A stretch of 62,481 bases of DNA, filler included. It is 11 parts of 11 records of this genome, joined end to end, with 100 filler letters (N's around TTAATTAATTAA, not from the genome) between each part and the next. Parts side by side here need not be neighbours in the genome. Positions count along the whole stretch, not along the records: positions 32,898 to 38,165 come from SRR7504441_8959; positions 38,266 to 44,082 come from SRR7504441_8989; positions 44,183 to 48,602 come from SRR7504441_8992; 8 more parts are not named here. The stretch is one strand, 5' to 3'. The position numbers and the translations under genes were made by a program. This document shows, piece by piece, positions 35,694 through 46,878 of the stretch. The notes under the pieces are model-generated. The model did no database searches. It saw nothing but the letters and a program-made list of their open reading frames with translations, and had not been told where the DNA came from. Positions within the stretch are counted from its first letter, which is position 1; every line of letters starts with the position of its first letter.

Positions 35694-36867
35694 ATGGGAG
35701 GCAGCTCGTCCAGCCCGGCCGAGCCCGAGCCGCCTCGCTATGCTGCTGATGGAAGGATCAAAGCTCACTCGGAGGTACGGACCTCGCCGGTGTTTCGAGA
35801 GCCGCCCCGGATGCTGCTGATGGAAGTTCTCACCCAGACACGGGCCGGGGACCTGGTGCTGTTCGGCAGCCGGACCGGGATCATCGACCGCGTTGGCCTG
35901 GTTGTGTGGTGTGCGTCCACCCAGCCCGGGAAGCACCGGGATGGCAGCAGGTGCTCAGCCCGCAGCCGCCTGGCATGACGGCGGAGCACAGGCTGTGGCT
36001 CGAGGTGGAGACCCCCCACCTGCTCGAGCCCGCGGCCCCGCACGCCCTGTGCGGCCCGCTCTGGCTCGCAGCCAGAGAAGCTCACAATCGCGGCGTCGCA
36101 GTATTCTGGCGGCGGGTCCACCGGCCACCGCTAGAGGGCGAGCCCACCTGCATGTCTGGCTCGGGCCGACTCGAGCCCGCCCCAATCAGCACCACCAAGC
36201 GCCGGTGGCCGGGCTCGGGGCCTGGCTGAAAGCGGGCGCAGGAAAGGAGTTCTCGGGCTAGAAGCCAAGCAATTCCAGCTCGAGTATTACCGGCACAACT
36301 ACTGGCTAGCTGTCGATGGTGAAGCCGAGGAGCAGCAGGGCCTGGACCTGATCCAGAGGGGATCGCTAGAGTGGAGAGCGTACGCGAACAAAACCAAGGC
36401 GCTTGGGAGCGAGAGCGTTAGGTTGGCTGAGCTGGCGCTGCAGGGCCTCAACTTCAAGGAGTGGAATCAAGAAGCGATCAATTTGATCGGGCGTAAGTAC
36501 CTCGAGCCATCTGGGGCGCACTGCGACGTGCGTGGGCCTCTTGCGGCCTTGGGGCTGATGTGTAGGGCAGCCGCTGCCCAGTTTAGAGCAATGCTGCTCC
36601 GAGAGGGTGGCTGGAACTCAGAGCACGGATGGAGCCTTCAGCTCACAGGTGGCGGGGCAGTTGCTGTACAAGGCTGGCTGGCGGCGCGGCACTGTGAGTG
36701 CGGACCACCTCAAGGTGCCGCCATGCGTAGCTGGTCATGAGATCGGTTCGCAGCCCGAGGACTTTGCAGACGCCACCGCTGGGGCGGCTTTGACTGCCGA
36801 TTTGGCAAATGAGGTGTGTTATGGTCCGTTGACTGAAGTGATGTTCGAATCCATGGCCGATGATTAG
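35694..36867 (+). CDS. N-myristoylated protein, possibly an inactive permuted NlpC/P60-like fold
   Basis: MGGSSSS start; AGDLVLF...DRVGLVV and later AFSSQVAGQLLYKAGW; spliced. Confidence 0.5.
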
Positions 36868-36916
36868 AACTCTATCGCGCTCACAATAAAGATTTTTTTT
36901 AGTAATCAGCGCGCGG

Positions 36917-37577
36917 CTAGGCATAACTTTCAGTTGCTGGTGTTCGATGGCACCGAGCGGCGAGTTGCTTCTCGAGCACGGCCACCTTCACTAGAGCGTC
37001 GCGCAGCTGCTGGGCTAGCTGCTCCTGCTTGGCCTCGGCCTGTCGCTTGCCCTTCCGCAGCTGTTGCGACTTGTCCATCCACTGCCTATTGCACCCTGCC
37101 ACCGCTTCCTCCAACGCGTGGTTGCACCGCAGTCCTGCAACCGCCAGCGCGCAGGCTCGGTTGGCCTCCACTCGGGCCACTACCCCCTGAACCAGCCGCA
37201 TGGCATGGCCCACTACCCCCAACGTGGCCTGCCTCAGCACCCCGACAACCGGCTGGCTGGCTGCAACTCGCCAGCGCAGCACTGCCGTGAGCGTCGGGCC
37301 GGGCCGCAGGCACGCTGCCACACGGAGCAGCCCGAGCTGTTGGTGCTCGGGCGATGGCGGGTCAAGTCCGTTGCACTCGTGCGTTCGGTGTGCCAGCTCC
37401 GAGCCCACTGGAGCCACCAGCCCACACTGCCGACACCGAAGCCACCTGCGCACCGCTGAGCGGCCGGACGGAGGCGAAGGGTTGCCCGGGCGGAAGCCGC
37501 GTGCTTAGCGCGTGCCCGAAAAACGGCTGGCCGCGGGCGAAGATGTCTTCCTCCCGCTGCCCTGCCAGGGTTGCCAT
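36917..37577 (-). CDS. Hypothetical protein with a CxxC..H..C motif and a coiled-coil tail
   Basis: RCRQCG...HRTHEC; C-terminal coiled coil. Confidence 0.4.
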
Positions 37578-37659
37578 CAGCTACTTGCAACGGACATTGC
37601 GCCTTTGATGGACATGCATATGTGGCGTTCAGGTGCGCCCATCATCCAAAGCAGCAGCC

Positions 37660-38165
37660 ATGGATCCAGAGCCATTTTGCCGATTGAACGTCGGCGGCAC
37701 GTATTACAGCACCTCGCGGGACACGCTCACAAACGGCGAGTCGGCGATGCTCACCGGGATGTTCTCCGGTGACATTGCTTCCGCAGTGGACAGCACCGGC
37801 GCCATCTTCATCGATCGTGATGGTGCTCAATTTGCCGAAGTGCTGGCTTTCCTTCGCGGAGGTTGGACACCCCCGCATGATAGGCGGCAGCTCGAGAAGC
37901 TGGTAGCCGAGGCTGACTTCTTTCAGATTGATCGAATGGGAGATATTGTGAAGGAGCGGCTGGTCGCAAAGGATCGCCCTCCTGCCATACAAACCATGGA
38001 ACTGGAATCCGATGCGATAAGTGGAGAATGGGTTGAACGGCAGGGGACTGGGGGTACATTCAACCTGCCCAGTCTCTTGAGCGGCGGCTGGATCATTCAC
38101 CAAAAGTGGGCCACGACACGCATAGTGGATATCAATATGGAAGAGAAAGCGGTACAAGTGACCTG
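37660..38165 (+). CDS. KCTD-type BTB/POZ (T1) domain protein, 3'-truncated
   Basis: RLNVGGTYYSTSRDTL, MLTGMFSG, FIDRDG, VLAFLR and EADFFQI. Confidence 0.9.
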
Positions 38166-38687
38166 NNNNNNNNNNNNNNNNNNNNNNNNNNNNNNNNNNN
38201 NNNNNNNNNTTAATTAATTAANNNNNNNNNNNNNNNNNNNNNNNNNNNNNNNNNNNNNNNNNNNNAAAGTGGGCGGTGGGAAAGTGGGCGGTGGGGGTGT
38301 CAAGCCGACAAATAGCAAAACCGACGACATGTGCTTGAGATCAAGGGTGGGGTGGCAACCCGAGGATACATGCGCTACGGCTGCTGGCTGGTGTGAAGAC
38401 GAGTATTGGCGGCTGGATCTGGATGCGTGTTGCCCCGGGTTGTGTACGGAAGCGACCGATAAGACCGGGAACACGACCATGCACTCTATGGTCAAGTGAG
38501 CTTAGTTGTGGCTCAGTGACGGCGGGCAGTACGACCAGGATGTTTCTCTTGCGACACGCACGTGTCAGAAACCTACTTCAAATTTTAGTACTACTATAAA
38601 GCATCAGGATCCTAGCTCTTCCTGTCCTAAGCGACATACGATGATATTGCAGCGTCCACAACTGTCTGAGCGCCACACAATTCGACC

Positions 38688-39592
38688 CTACTCGGAGCCT
38701 TGCGCTCCATCTTGAGTGTGTCTCGCCTGGCTCTGAGCGCTGCCCACATGTACCAGGCTCGGAATCTCGGCCCAAGCAGCTGCATCCGCTCGGCAACCTG
38801 TCCCAGCTAAATATACATTCGTGCTACCGGGCACCATCCGGCCAGCCGCCTTTGCCCTCTGCTCCTCCTCCTGGAGCACCTCCGAGACCCGCCGGACCGC
38901 CTCCCGTCGCGCCACCCGGGCCGCCAGCACTGCCGTCACCGCCACTCGCCATGCAGCCCACCCCCGCCAGAGCCGGCCAACAGCTGCAGGAAGCCTGCGG
39001 ATCCTCCACACCGCCCGTCTGCCCGCCGCCTCGCAACCAGCCTGGCAGGCGCAGCTCACCGGCGGCGCGCCCACAGGCTGCAGCTGCGCCGCATCGTCCG
39101 CCAAGCCGCCCGGAGCCTGCAGGGTGCCGATCGCTGCGGCCCTCGGGGAGCCCGCACCGACAGCGTTCGGGCTGCACAGCGGCCAGACGGCCCACCTTGC
39201 GCTGAGCCACGCATCGGCACCTGCTTCCTGGGCTGACCCAGGCGGCGGCAGGAGCGCACCAGGCGAGCAGCGCTCTGGTGAGCTGCAGCTGGGTCCGACC
39301 ACCGGTGCACCGCGGAGCCCGATCCAGCGCAACAGGCTCAGATGGGGCACTGGCCCGCGGGGCGGGTCGCTTCCCCGTGCCGAGTGCGTCCTGCGGCCGG
39401 TGGTCGGCCCAGGGGCGCGAGAGGCCCACCGCGAGACGGTCTGCTCTATCCAGGAGTCCGAGCAGATGCTGCCGGCGGCCGGCCGGCGGGGCGGGCCCCG
39501 GGTGGAGCACGATAGCTCCGGCCGGCTCGACCCGACGCTGCTTACGGGCTTTGAGGAATCGGCGCGCTACCTCCTTGGCGGCCGGACTATTC
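38688..39592 (-). CDS. Hypothetical spliced protein, divergent from the nitrile hydratase gene
   Basis: Helical segments such as LWRGWAAWR...VLQEEEQRAK; boundaries uncertain. Confidence 0.35.
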
Positions 39593-39675
39593 ATCTCAAA
39601 GAAGTTCGATCCGCAACGGACAATAACGGCTCTAGCGGCTTGGGGATGCCCAGTCCACGCGGTCCGCTGCTGCAT

Positions 39676-41214
39676 ATGGCCCGGTTAGTCGCACCCCGCA
39701 GGCCGCTGCGAATCAGCCGGGCGCTGGGGTCGGATCGTGGGGCTGGGAGCGAGGTGTGCTTCGACATCAGCACCTGGCACAAGGATGCCGTCGGCTATCA
39801 CGACATCGGCGGGAGTGCATCAGTGGCCCCGGTGCGGGCAGCCGGGGCCGACCGTGTCCACGCGCACTGGGAGCTGCGGATCCACGCGCTGGTCGGGCTG
39901 CTAGTCAGCCAGAAGCTGCTCACTGTGGACGAGCTGCGTCGAGGCATCGAAGGGCTGCGCCCGGCCGACGTGGCCCACATGTCCTACTACCACAAATGGG
40001 CTGCTTCAATTACTGTCATCCTGCTAGAACGGGGCATTCTCGGGCAGGCCGACGTCGTTGCGCGGCAGCTCGTGGCCGGCGGAGCGCAGGCTCGGTCTGA
40101 GTGGAGCGAGCCAACGGTCGAGTTTGAGGCTGGGCAAGCGGTGCGAGTGAAGACCGAGCGAGAGCTGCACAGCCCCCGGTGGAGACGGCCACACCTTCGC
40201 ACTCCTGGCTACATACACGGGGCTCGCGGCGTTGTCGAGCGTGTCTGTGGAGTGTTCGATTCACCCGAAGTGCTTGCGTTCGGAGGCAGCCACGGAGGCG
40301 CACAGCAACCACTTTACCGGGTGCGGTTCTCACAATCAGAGCTGTGGACTGAGGCCGCGTCTGTGGGCGGTAGCACTGACGCATTCCATGACACTGTGGA
40401 CGTGGAAGTTTATCAGCATTGGCTGGAGGGAATCTCGAGTACTCGTGTAGAGGCTAGTGTAGAGGCGAGCGGGTGTCAATCAAACCAAGCCAGGCACGAG
40501 CTCAGCGAGCACAGTCATGGGACGCGGGCAGAAGTTGAAGCGGCGGCTGTTGAGCTCGAGCAAGCCCAGATACTACCAGAGCCTGAGGTGGCGACTGCGC
40601 TTCTGGCAGCCTTGCTCGACGGAGGCATTGTTGAAGCGAGCAGCTTGGCCAGATCGGTCGAAGCTGTGGAACGGCTCGGGAGCCTGCAGCAGTCGGGGCA
40701 GCAACCGCCAGGCAGGGTGGGCGCAGCATTGGTGGCACGTGCCTGGCTCGACTCTGAGTTCAAAGGAAGGCTACTGGCTGATGCTAGCAGTGCGGCTGCC
40801 GAAATGGATCTGGCTGCCTCGAATGCTACTGCAGCGACTGTTCTAACAGCTGTCGAGAACACACATGAGGTGCATAACCTTGTTGTCTGCACTCTCTGCT
40901 CATGCTACCCACTGCCGATCCTTGGTTTATCACCAGCATGGTACAAAAGCGCGGCTTATCGGGCAAGAGCGGTTCGCGAGCCACGTCAGGTCCTGGCGGA
41001 GTTTGGAACAGTTCTGCCCAGCGGAATGCGAGTGCAAGTTCATGACAGCACAGCAGACCTACGCTACATGGTGCTTCCGAGACGGCCTGCAGGGACAGAA
41101 GGTATGAGCGAGCTCGAACTACGTGAGTTGGTCTCACGCGATGCGATGATTGGCGTGCGTGTGTGCGCCAAATTTGATACCTCAAAGTTACCTCAAAGTC
41201 GCGATTGTAGATAA
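39676..41214 (+). CDS. Fused beta-alpha cobalt-type nitrile hydratase
   Basis: Beta part: YHDIGG, WELR, DELRRGIE, YYHKW, HLRTPGYIHG and LYRVRF; alpha part: VARAW, LVVCTLCSCYP, WYKSAAYRARAVREPR, VHDSTADLRYMVLP; intronless. Confidence 0.95.
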   Translation: MARLVAPRRPLRISRALGSDRGAGSEVCFDISTWHKDAVGYHDIGGSASVAPVRAAGADRVHAHWELRIHALVGLLVSQKLLTVDELRRGIEGLRPADVAHMSYYHKWAASITVILLERGILGQADVVARQLVAGGAQARSEWSEPTVEFEAGQAVRVKTERELHSPRWRRPHLRTPGYIHGARGVVERVCGVFDSPEVLAFGGSHGGAQQPLYRVRFSQSELWTEAASVGGSTDAFHDTVDVEVYQHWLEGISSTRVEASVEASGCQSNQARHELSEHSHGTRAEVEAAAVELEQAQILPEPEVATALLAALLDGGIVEASSLARSVEAVERLGSLQQSGQQPPGRVGAALVARAWLDSEFKGRLLADASSAAAEMDLAASNATAATVLTAVENTHEVHNLVVCTLCSCYPLPILGLSPAWYKSAAYRARAVREPRQVLAEFGTVLPSGMRVQVHDSTADLRYMVLPRRPAGTEGMSELELRELVSRDAMIGVRVCAKFDTSKLPQSRDCR

Positions 41215-41379
41215 GTCTCAATTAAGCTTAACAATGGCTCGATAGTCTTTAATTAACGAAGCGATGGCTATAGTACGTAACCAATTGCCCATGCAATTAC
41301 GTTCGGTACTCGTGAGTCTCGTAAGTCCATGGTCGTCGAACACGCCATCGTTGTACCGGCTCACACGGCTACGACGCGG

Positions 41380-42249
41380 TTATGGCTCCTCGGTTGGCGG
41401 TTGAGCCACGAGCACCCCACAATCGCTTATTCGGACCTCATGATTAGTGAACCCGAGTGGGTTGGCAATACTCCCAACACTCTCTATTGCCTTGACTGTG
41501 TCATACCCCTTAATCACTTGCCCGAACACCACGTGCTTCCGGTCCAGCTGCCTGGTAGCCTTCACGCAGATGAAGAATTGACTCCCGTTGGTGTCGGGCC
41601 CAGAGTTGGCCATGGAGAGCACCCCTGGCCCCTGGTGCGGCAGCTTAAAGTTCTCATCGGCAAACCGCTTGCCGTATATCGACCGGCCGCCCTTGCCGTC
41701 GATGTCTCCCGCCTGGCACATGAATCCACGAATCACCCGGTGAAATCGATTTCCGCAGTACAGCCCGCCGGAGCAGAGCTCCAGGAAGTTATTAGCAGTC
41801 TGCGGCACTGTGTCCGTCTTAAGTTCCACCTCCACCCGACCGGCCGGCTCGCCGGCCACGGTTATGTCCAGAAACACCACAGGGTTGGCCGGATTGGCTG
41901 GGCCCAGCGGCGGCTGGTAATTTCGCTCGTGGAGCTCGAAATTGGACAGGGCGGGCCTCGGTGGCCTTGAGGCCCGAATAACAAGGACCGTGAGCCCGAC
42001 CAGTGCCAGACTTAGCGGGAGCCAGTGCGCGGAGAGCTGAATTACCAGCCCCAACCAAACCAGCCCGCAGCCGGCGCTGAGCAGGCAGCAAGCCGCGCAC
42101 AGGATCAACGGCGCGTCGCCAATTTCTGATACAGCTATCCGGCGCCCACAGCATGTCACCGCAGGCGTGACGGCTGCATGTCGCGAAGCCACAAGCCCGA
42201 CCCGCTCGTCCGCCGCCTCCCGAGGTTGCAGAGCAGACCTCGAAGGCAT
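41380..42249 (-). CDS. Cyclophilin-type peptidyl-prolyl isomerase with N-terminal membrane anchor
   Basis: [31 protein letters not shown] and HVVFGQV; two hydrophobic segments upstream. Confidence 0.95.
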   Translation of the reverse strand: MPSRSALQPREAADERVGLVASRHAAVTPAVTCCGRRIAVSEIGDAPLILCAACCLLSAGCGLVWLGLVIQLSAHWLPLSLALVGLTVLVIRASRPPRPALSNFELHERNYQPPLGPANPANPVVFLDITVAGEPAGRVEVELKTDTVPQTANNFLELCSGGLYCGNRFHRVIRGFMCQAGDIDGKGGRSIYGKRFADENFKLPHQGPGVLSMANSGPDTNGSQFFICVKATRQLDRKHVVFGQVIKGYDTVKAIESVGSIANPLGFTNHEVRISDCGVLVAQPPTEEP

Positions 42250-42454
42250 ACTCGTACTTCAACTCAACAAGATTGACGTTGGCGGTAACGGAAACACGGT
42301 TGGGGATCAGGTCGGCTAGAGCGACGCGTGCGGACTACCGGGGCCAAGGAGCCTGGTGTTGGGGGGACGTAGAGTGAGTATTCCTCTGCGGGGCCAACTG
42401 CGGTCCTGAGTCGTGTTATGTTACCCTAACCCTAACCTCTGCTTCACCACGGCA

Positions 42455-43291
42455 ATGGCCGACAGGCTCCGTGCATCGGCGTTCAAGATCGGCGCAGTAG
42501 CGGCCACCGGAGCTGCGCTAGCCGCCATGTGGCGTTGGGCAGCAAGCGCAACATCCCAGAGCTACACGCAGCCACCCGTGGGTGCTGTGGAGCTTCAAGA
42601 TGCGGCATCGTTGCCGGAGAGCGCCAAGCAGCCCAACAAGCTGGCCATCGTCGGGGTGTCTGGAGCAGGAAAATCATGGCTGGCCAACGCGGTCAGCGCA
42701 CAGCTGGGCATCGAGCGCATAGACCTCGACCAGATGCTCGAGCACCGCTGGCGCATGCAAGCTCGGACCGACGATGGCTCCGACCTGGTCGACGTGCGGC
42801 GTGCATTAAGGGAGGCCCCGGGCGGATGGGTAGCTGACGGCGTCTTCATGGCGGCCCGGAAGGAGTTGTGGCCACGTTGCCACCTCATCGTGGTCCTCGA
42901 CGCGCCGCCTGCGCTTCGCGTGTGGAGGGTCCTTCGACGTGCGTGCCTCGACCCCGAATGGCGGTCAAGACCTTGGCGTCGGTGGTTGCACGGAGTGCTC
43001 TGGCTCAGCTGGCAGGCATGCGGGGTAGGCCCGCAGCAACGACGGCTTCTCAGCCTCCTGGCCACCATGCAGGAGGGGATGGCAGAGAGCGCGGCCGCTG
43101 CGATGCGAAAGCGGGCCGAGCAGAAGGCCAAGGGCCAGACGAGCAAGACGGGGCCGGTCAGGGAGCACGTGCCCGTGCTCGTGCTGCGAGGCGACGCGCA
43201 AGTGCGTGAGTGGCTCGAGTCCCTGACGGGACCCACGGCGGAGGAGGCAGCGCACGAGGAGGCGGCGGCGCGTCGAACAGATGGGACGTGA
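42455..43291 (+). CDS. P-loop kinase of the adenylate-kinase-related (FlaR/topology-modulation-like) type
   Basis: AIVGVSGAGKSWLA, IDLD, WVADG and RVWRVLRR. Confidence 0.75.
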   Translation: MADRLRASAFKIGAVAATGAALAAMWRWAASATSQSYTQPPVGAVELQDAASLPESAKQPNKLAIVGVSGAGKSWLANAVSAQLGIERIDLDQMLEHRWRMQARTDDGSDLVDVRRALREAPGGWVADGVFMAARKELWPRCHLIVVLDAPPALRVWRVLRRACLDPEWRSRPWRRWLHGVLWLSWQACGVGPQQRRLLSLLATMQEGMAESAAAAMRKRAEQKAKGQTSKTGPVREHVPVLVLRGDAQVREWLESLTGPTAEEAAHEEAAARRTDGT

Positions 43292-43485
43292 TCGGCCGTA
43301 CACGACACTTCTTCAGAGACCAGCCTAGCCTTGAAAAAAAATTCTACGCTGTACACAAGCTTTACGGCTGTATATACAACTGTAAAACGACTTTGAATAT
43401 TTACAATCATGTGCAGTTGTAGAGTCTAGTAAATGAACTATGATTATAGTATATCTAACCGTTATATCTAACGACGCTGGCCAAT

Positions 43486-43850
43486 CTAGAGCTCTCGCTT
43501 TGGCATCTGGAAAGGCAGTTGGTGAAGCCTCACTACCACCACGCCGTGGCTCTCAACCGTCGCGCTAAAGTTGCCAGTAAAGTTGCCCAAATCCTTGTGC
43601 TGCCACAGGTCGCGCACCGCCATCGGCTGCAGGCCGGGCATCCACATCTCTTTCCACTGCAGCGTGATCACAGCCGGCCCACGGTCGGCTCGGTTGAACA
43701 AAGCAGCCGCGTAGTCGCCATCATGCAGTTGCTTCAGGTACACTTGTGAGCTCGCGCCCAGCTGGCCCACACCGCCCACCAGCCGAGCCGCCCGGCCCAT
43801 CGGATCGGCTGATATGTCGAGCAGCTCTTTGTTGCTCAAGATCTCGAGAT
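43486..43850 (-). CDS. Alpha-galactosidase (GH27) C-terminal beta-sandwich fragment
   Basis: ILSNKELLDISADPMG, AAALFNR, VRDLWQHKDLG and VESHGVVVVRL; no catalytic domain upstream. Confidence 0.8.
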
Positions 43851-44182
43851 AGTGTCAAAGTGCCAGCTGCCTCCTCGCCCAGCCACTCGAGCTTTGACAG
43901 CTTCTGCAGCATCCCTGTAGATGACGTCTGCCAATCGGCCGGCCAGCTGGCCAGCCGGCACGCACGGCGAGTGGCTTGATTCCGATTCGGCCAATTCCAC
44001 ACAATTCGAAAATGGACCCCGTGGCCCAGCTGCCCATAGTACCCATCGCCCCAGGTGTGCCGCTCGCTCGAGCCCGCCCACCNNNNNNNNNNNNNNNNNN
44101 NNNNNNNNNNNNNNNNNNNNNNNNNNTTAATTAATTAANNNNNNNNNNNNNNNNNNNNNNNNNNNNNNNNNNNNNNNNNNNN

Positions 44183-46630
44183 ACGGGCGCAGGAGGGGTC
44201 TCGGTCGACCTCTGGATGGAGCGCGACAGACCGGTGCTCCACGTGGTGGCCAGCTCAGCTGACGGCCCGCTGGCGGTGCGAGCCAGCACGGAGCTGTACC
44301 GGCTGCCCCAAGCGGACGGGCGGATCCCGGCGGATGTGGGCGGGGACTGGATCTGCCTCGCTCCAGGTGTGCCGGCCCCGAGGGTCTCGGGGGACCTGCT
44401 CGTGCCGCGGAGTGGCGGGGGAGTCAAGGTGGCCTGGCTGCACCGGAACAGGAAGACGGATGGCGTGCTGGCCAGTGAAAGTCTCTGGGAGAGTGAATGT
44501 CGGCTGCAGCACCTCAACGACCTCGTCGGTCAACCGCAGATAACCAACGACACACTCACCAACAACACCTTCGGCGCGTCCCTCGTTGCCACTGCTGGTT
44601 CGCGCTCGCGCTGGATGGGCCCGGACTCGGAGGTCATGCTCGTCGAACCTTCTGATCCCGGCGGTCGTTCGGTGTCGATTGCTGCTGTCAGCCTTGAGAC
44701 TACCCCCAGCGAGGCTGGTACAGTGGAGCAGTACGTCGATGCGCTGTCAGCGCAGGCCGACCAGGTGGCTGGAATGACCAGTGAAGATCTTTCGCTGGCC
44801 TGGGAGGCGCAGGCTGGCTGGTGGAGTGAGTACTTTAATCATTCGTACGTGAGAGTTACTGGCACAACGCACAAGCACAACGCAGAGCTGATTACAATGC
44901 AGGCCAACATACAGCGGTACTTGTCGGCCGTGGAGGGCCGGGGCACGGGCATTATAAAGTTCAACGGTGGGCTGTTTCACCCGGACCCACCAGTCACGAA
45001 CAACTCTGCGGGGATGAACGCGGATACTAGGCAGTGGGGCGGGGCCACGGTGAGCTTGGCTTTCTCTCCGTAGCCACAACCCTCTACGTGATAGTCCCAC
45101 TAGTATTCCACTATCAGACTGTACTGTGCACCCCCCCTTCTGCTCTATTCGGCTAACACGGGGTTGGCAGTGGTTCCAGAACACGCGCCATTCTTATTGG
45201 CCCATGCTTGCGAGCGGCGATTGGGAGCAGCTTCAGCCTCTGTTTGAGTTTTACAGGAAAGCACTTCCGTTGGCGGAGGCCCGAACGCGGATCACCATGC
45301 TCCATGAGGGCGCCTACTTCCCTGAGACAATGTGGCAGTTTGGCACGTGGACTGGGACCAATTTCGGTTGTCCGGCCTACCGAGAGAAGGTGGGGCCGCT
45401 CAAGAACTCTCCACGGCCGGACAATTCTTATATCAGGCACTACCGGACCCAAGGACTCGAGCTGAGTACTTTGATGCTGGAGGCTCTGGCCCACGCTCCG
45501 AGCGAATTCGGTGGAGAATTTGCCAGGCACACTATTATTCCGATTGTTGTGTCGGTGCTGCGGTTCTTTAACGAGCATTACGAGCTGTCCAGCACGGAGT
45601 TGGAGCCTGGATTGAACGGAGGCAAAATGGTCATGCGCAGTCAAGCCCTAGAGACGTGTGTTGCCCTGTCGCGTCATAGGCCAGCTTGGGACAGGTGGCA
45701 GGAGTGTATCAATCCCACCACCGATGTCGCCGGGCTGCAATGGGTGACTTGATTTAACCTAGTCATGTAGACTGGAGACGGATTGCAGGTGGTGAGCAAG
45801 GCGCTGGCACTTTCGACGGATCTCCTCCCTTCAGACTCGGAGGCAAGGGCTATGATTGAGACATTAAAGAGCACCATACCGACCATGGATCAAGTCACTA
45901 CAGGCGGGCCTGGAGCCCGGCACCTTGCCTATTGCGAATTTGTCGCCGTTCATAATTACTCGAATGTTGAAAACGTGCGGCTGCCCATCAGGCCACAGGT
46001 CAGCCTGTGTGGCAGGTAGAATTGTATGCGGTACACCCGTTTCCACTCTACGGCTTGAACTTTACAGACGAGCTCCCGTTCACTTCAGCTGATGGCACAG
46101 GTGAGTGCGGCGGAGCATCCTTGCAGGTGGCAATCAACACATATCATCGGCGACTCTTCCACAATCCGATTGCGACAAAAGTAGGCCCATCAGTTGGTGA
46201 ATGGCAGGAAGGACCTCAGGCCGCAAGATTGGGCCTTGCAGAAGAAGCTGCGGATTCGGTGCAGCTGAGGGCTGGCTGGGGCGGGGTGACCACTGGGCCC
46301 TATTCTGCTGAGCACGATGGGGCGCCCAATCACTACATGCGATTCCCAGGATTCTTCGGACCTCTCGATGCGGATCATAACTCGTTTCCTGACACGGAGC
46401 ACCTGGCGACTTTGCGCACTACCCTGCAGTGGATGCTGATTCAGAACGACGGCGATCGGATTCTCTTGTTCGGTGGGCTGCCTCGGGGCTGGGACGTTGA
46501 GTTCAAGTTGCATGCGCGGCACAGCACGGTAATCGAGGGCGAGTGCCGCGGTGGCAGGCTTGTGCGAATGTCGGTGCAACCTGCTGCACGGGCAAAGGAT
46601 GTCGTCATCGTTGGCGAAGCGTGCAAGTAG
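44183..46630 (+). CDS. GH95/DUF5703-like glycoside hydrolase, 5'-truncated
   Basis: IIKFNGGLF, DTRQWGG|WFQNTRHSYWPMLASGD, GAYFPETM, SQALET, NVENVELYAVHPF and WDVEFKLHA; 4 introns including one of ~121 nt (45050-45170). Confidence 0.8.
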
Positions 46631-46878
46631 GGCCTGCGCCTCGGCAGCTGATGAGTTGCTGTTACTTGTGCTCTGGAAGAACTCTGGACCTGCTCTGACA
46701 CCGGACTATTAGCATGCTGTTATTACGGATTTACACCACGTTAGTACTGCTCAGTTCCTAATGTTATGATCAGCACGAGTACTAGATCCGTACCATGTGC
46801 AATGCGCGACAGTGGTACTCACGCGGGATTGCGGCAATAATGATTGTTATAAATATCGCATATACGTATAGTCTTATC

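Noticed and set aside
38821-39675. A 285-aa N-terminal extension of the nitrile hydratase ORF
   Set aside because: Non-ATG start and low-complexity translation; it is probably the antisense shadow of a minus-strand gene
46648-46700. CTGATGA after the hydrolase stop as a hammerhead ribozyme or SECIS element
   Set aside because: No GAAA core or required stems, and no in-frame TGA in the gene
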